From assembly GCA_905178155.1 (NCBI GenBank), contig CAJINV010000001.1:13018635-13082634 (forward strand): a DNA stretch of 64,000 bases, given 5' to 3'. The notes beneath the pieces are model-generated. The model saw only the letters and a program-made list of their open reading frames with translations. It searched no databases and was not told the DNA's origin. Source of the DNA: Amoebophrya sp. A120. Its lineage: Eukaryota > Protista > Dinoflagellata. The stretch's first letter is position 1. The number at the start of each line of letters is the position of its first letter. Below are positions 62,574-64,000 of this stretch, piece after piece. Both the position numbers and the translations under genes were made by a program.

Positions 62574-64000
62574 TTTGTCGGATGGTCCTGGTCCGGCGGC
62601 GAACTACTATCTCCGAACCGCACAAAACCAGACTGGGCACCAGCGTACCCCGCACGCGAAACGGAACCAGAACTCGGTTTCGCAATATAAGTAAGTAAAC
62701 TCAACTTCGTTCTCCTTAAACTTCGAGTGGCGGCTCCTCTTTGAGAATCTATATCCGTCGTCAAAAGCAAAAACTCCTCGACGTGTATCTAAAGCATTCG
62801 CGCCGCAGTTGGTAGTACGTCGGGATTCGCTTCGCGAATGGGATCGGCATGCTGGTGTCCCTACCCGAAATACATACCGATACCAAGGGAGCAACTACCC
62901 GGCTCTCGCTTAGTATGTTTTATTCCCGGAGCCGGACCAATTCCAAGTAGAGGCAGGCAGGGGCGGGAGGGACAGGGCGGACACCACAAAATTTATAGAA
63001 TATCCTTTCCCTCCATGGTGGCGGTCTAAGTATTCTTATTCGACTTCCGCTTCCGCACCGTTCCCGCGGCCGTCGCTTCCTTGCGCCATCTCATGTTGGG
63101 TTCCTCGAGGAGAAATAATAAAGCGAATTGTGTTTCAGAAGCATCCTCGCGCAGCCGCTTTTTCCTTCGGCCCTCTCCCCGGCGCGGAAAAAAACTCGCA
63201 ACCAATGTAGACAATCCACCTTGCGCTTGTTTGTTTATCACGACTATCAACGCACGACAGCCCGCAACAGAAACAAAACAAGTCTGAAAGCGACTCTCTT
63301 TCCACTTTCTCTTCTCCCTCTCTTACTACAGGAACAGTAGATCTGACAGAGTGAAACAGTGGTGGAGCGCTTCTTCTATCACTATCTCCGGACGCAGATG
63401 TCTACAAGCTCCTACTGAGCCTGGCGTTCCGTTCCCGTCGATTTGCGCTGGCTTTGTAATAAATGCCTCGTGTTCTCATATGCTCGTTTTTTGAAAAAAA
63501 AAAAGGTAGAGCATTTTACTTTTCGTTTTCGACGTTTCTACGCTTCATTTTCAGCACGCCCTGTACAAGCATGTGACTGGTATCGCCAAACGCGCGCAGC
63601 TCGCTGCGAAATCCAAGCAAGTTCACGAAGTGTTGAACTGCAGGTGCCAGTAGCCGTTCCCCTGGAACTTTGCTGTGCAGTCCTATGGCGCGCCTAACGA
63701 CAGTTTTTCTAACTATTTCAAAAATCGGTATGTAGGATGTAAAAACTATCTAGTGTAGCATCGAAGTAGCTAGCTGAGTTAGGTAGTATAGTAGGTAGCT
63801 AACACGACGCCTCCGGATGTGTGTCGTAACGCAGCGCGGACTGCCGTGCGGATTAGCGTCGGAGGCCATTTTTGTGTTGCGGAGGTGCTAATCTAGGCAC
63901 TCCCTATCCTTCAAGATTTAAGGTCGGACTGTCAACAACTACAACTCGGTGTGGTTTCACAGCTGCAATGAGAAAAAACCCGTCAATTCGGTGGAATTAC

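Noticed and set aside
1-64000. tRNA/rRNA genes or a full dinoflagellate spliced-leader sequence
   Set aside because: None recognised by eye; tRNAscan-SE or Infernal would be needed to exclude them

Overview
Intron-containing, gene-dense eukaryotic DNA in which every recognisable gene lies on the minus strand. The architecture (unidirectional gene array, inverted-repeat non-canonical introns) strongly resembles the parasitic alveolate Amoebophrya (Syndiniales); this assignment is inference. Genes: a SAM-domain protein, a membrane protein, an eIF4E with a very large PAM2-bearing insertion, a ~1750-aa unknown, an OST-alpha/TMEM184-like + Sushi fusion, a bacterial-type RNase D (exonuclease+HRDC), a secreted EF-hand protein, two Hsp110-type Hsp70s, a methyltransferase-like protein, a class 3 lipase and BBS7. 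The dominant signal is nine non-autonomous TIR elements from six sequence families. All have TAT...ATA termini (one copy CAT...ATA) and 5-bp target-site duplications (TSD). Eight sit inside coding sequence, and in all eight removal of the element plus one TSD copy restores the reading frame. Only one of the eight can be cut as GT-AG, and two families occur in both orientations relative to transcription. This points to an orientation-independent, hairpin-guided 'introner' removal system. No transposase was found in the window.
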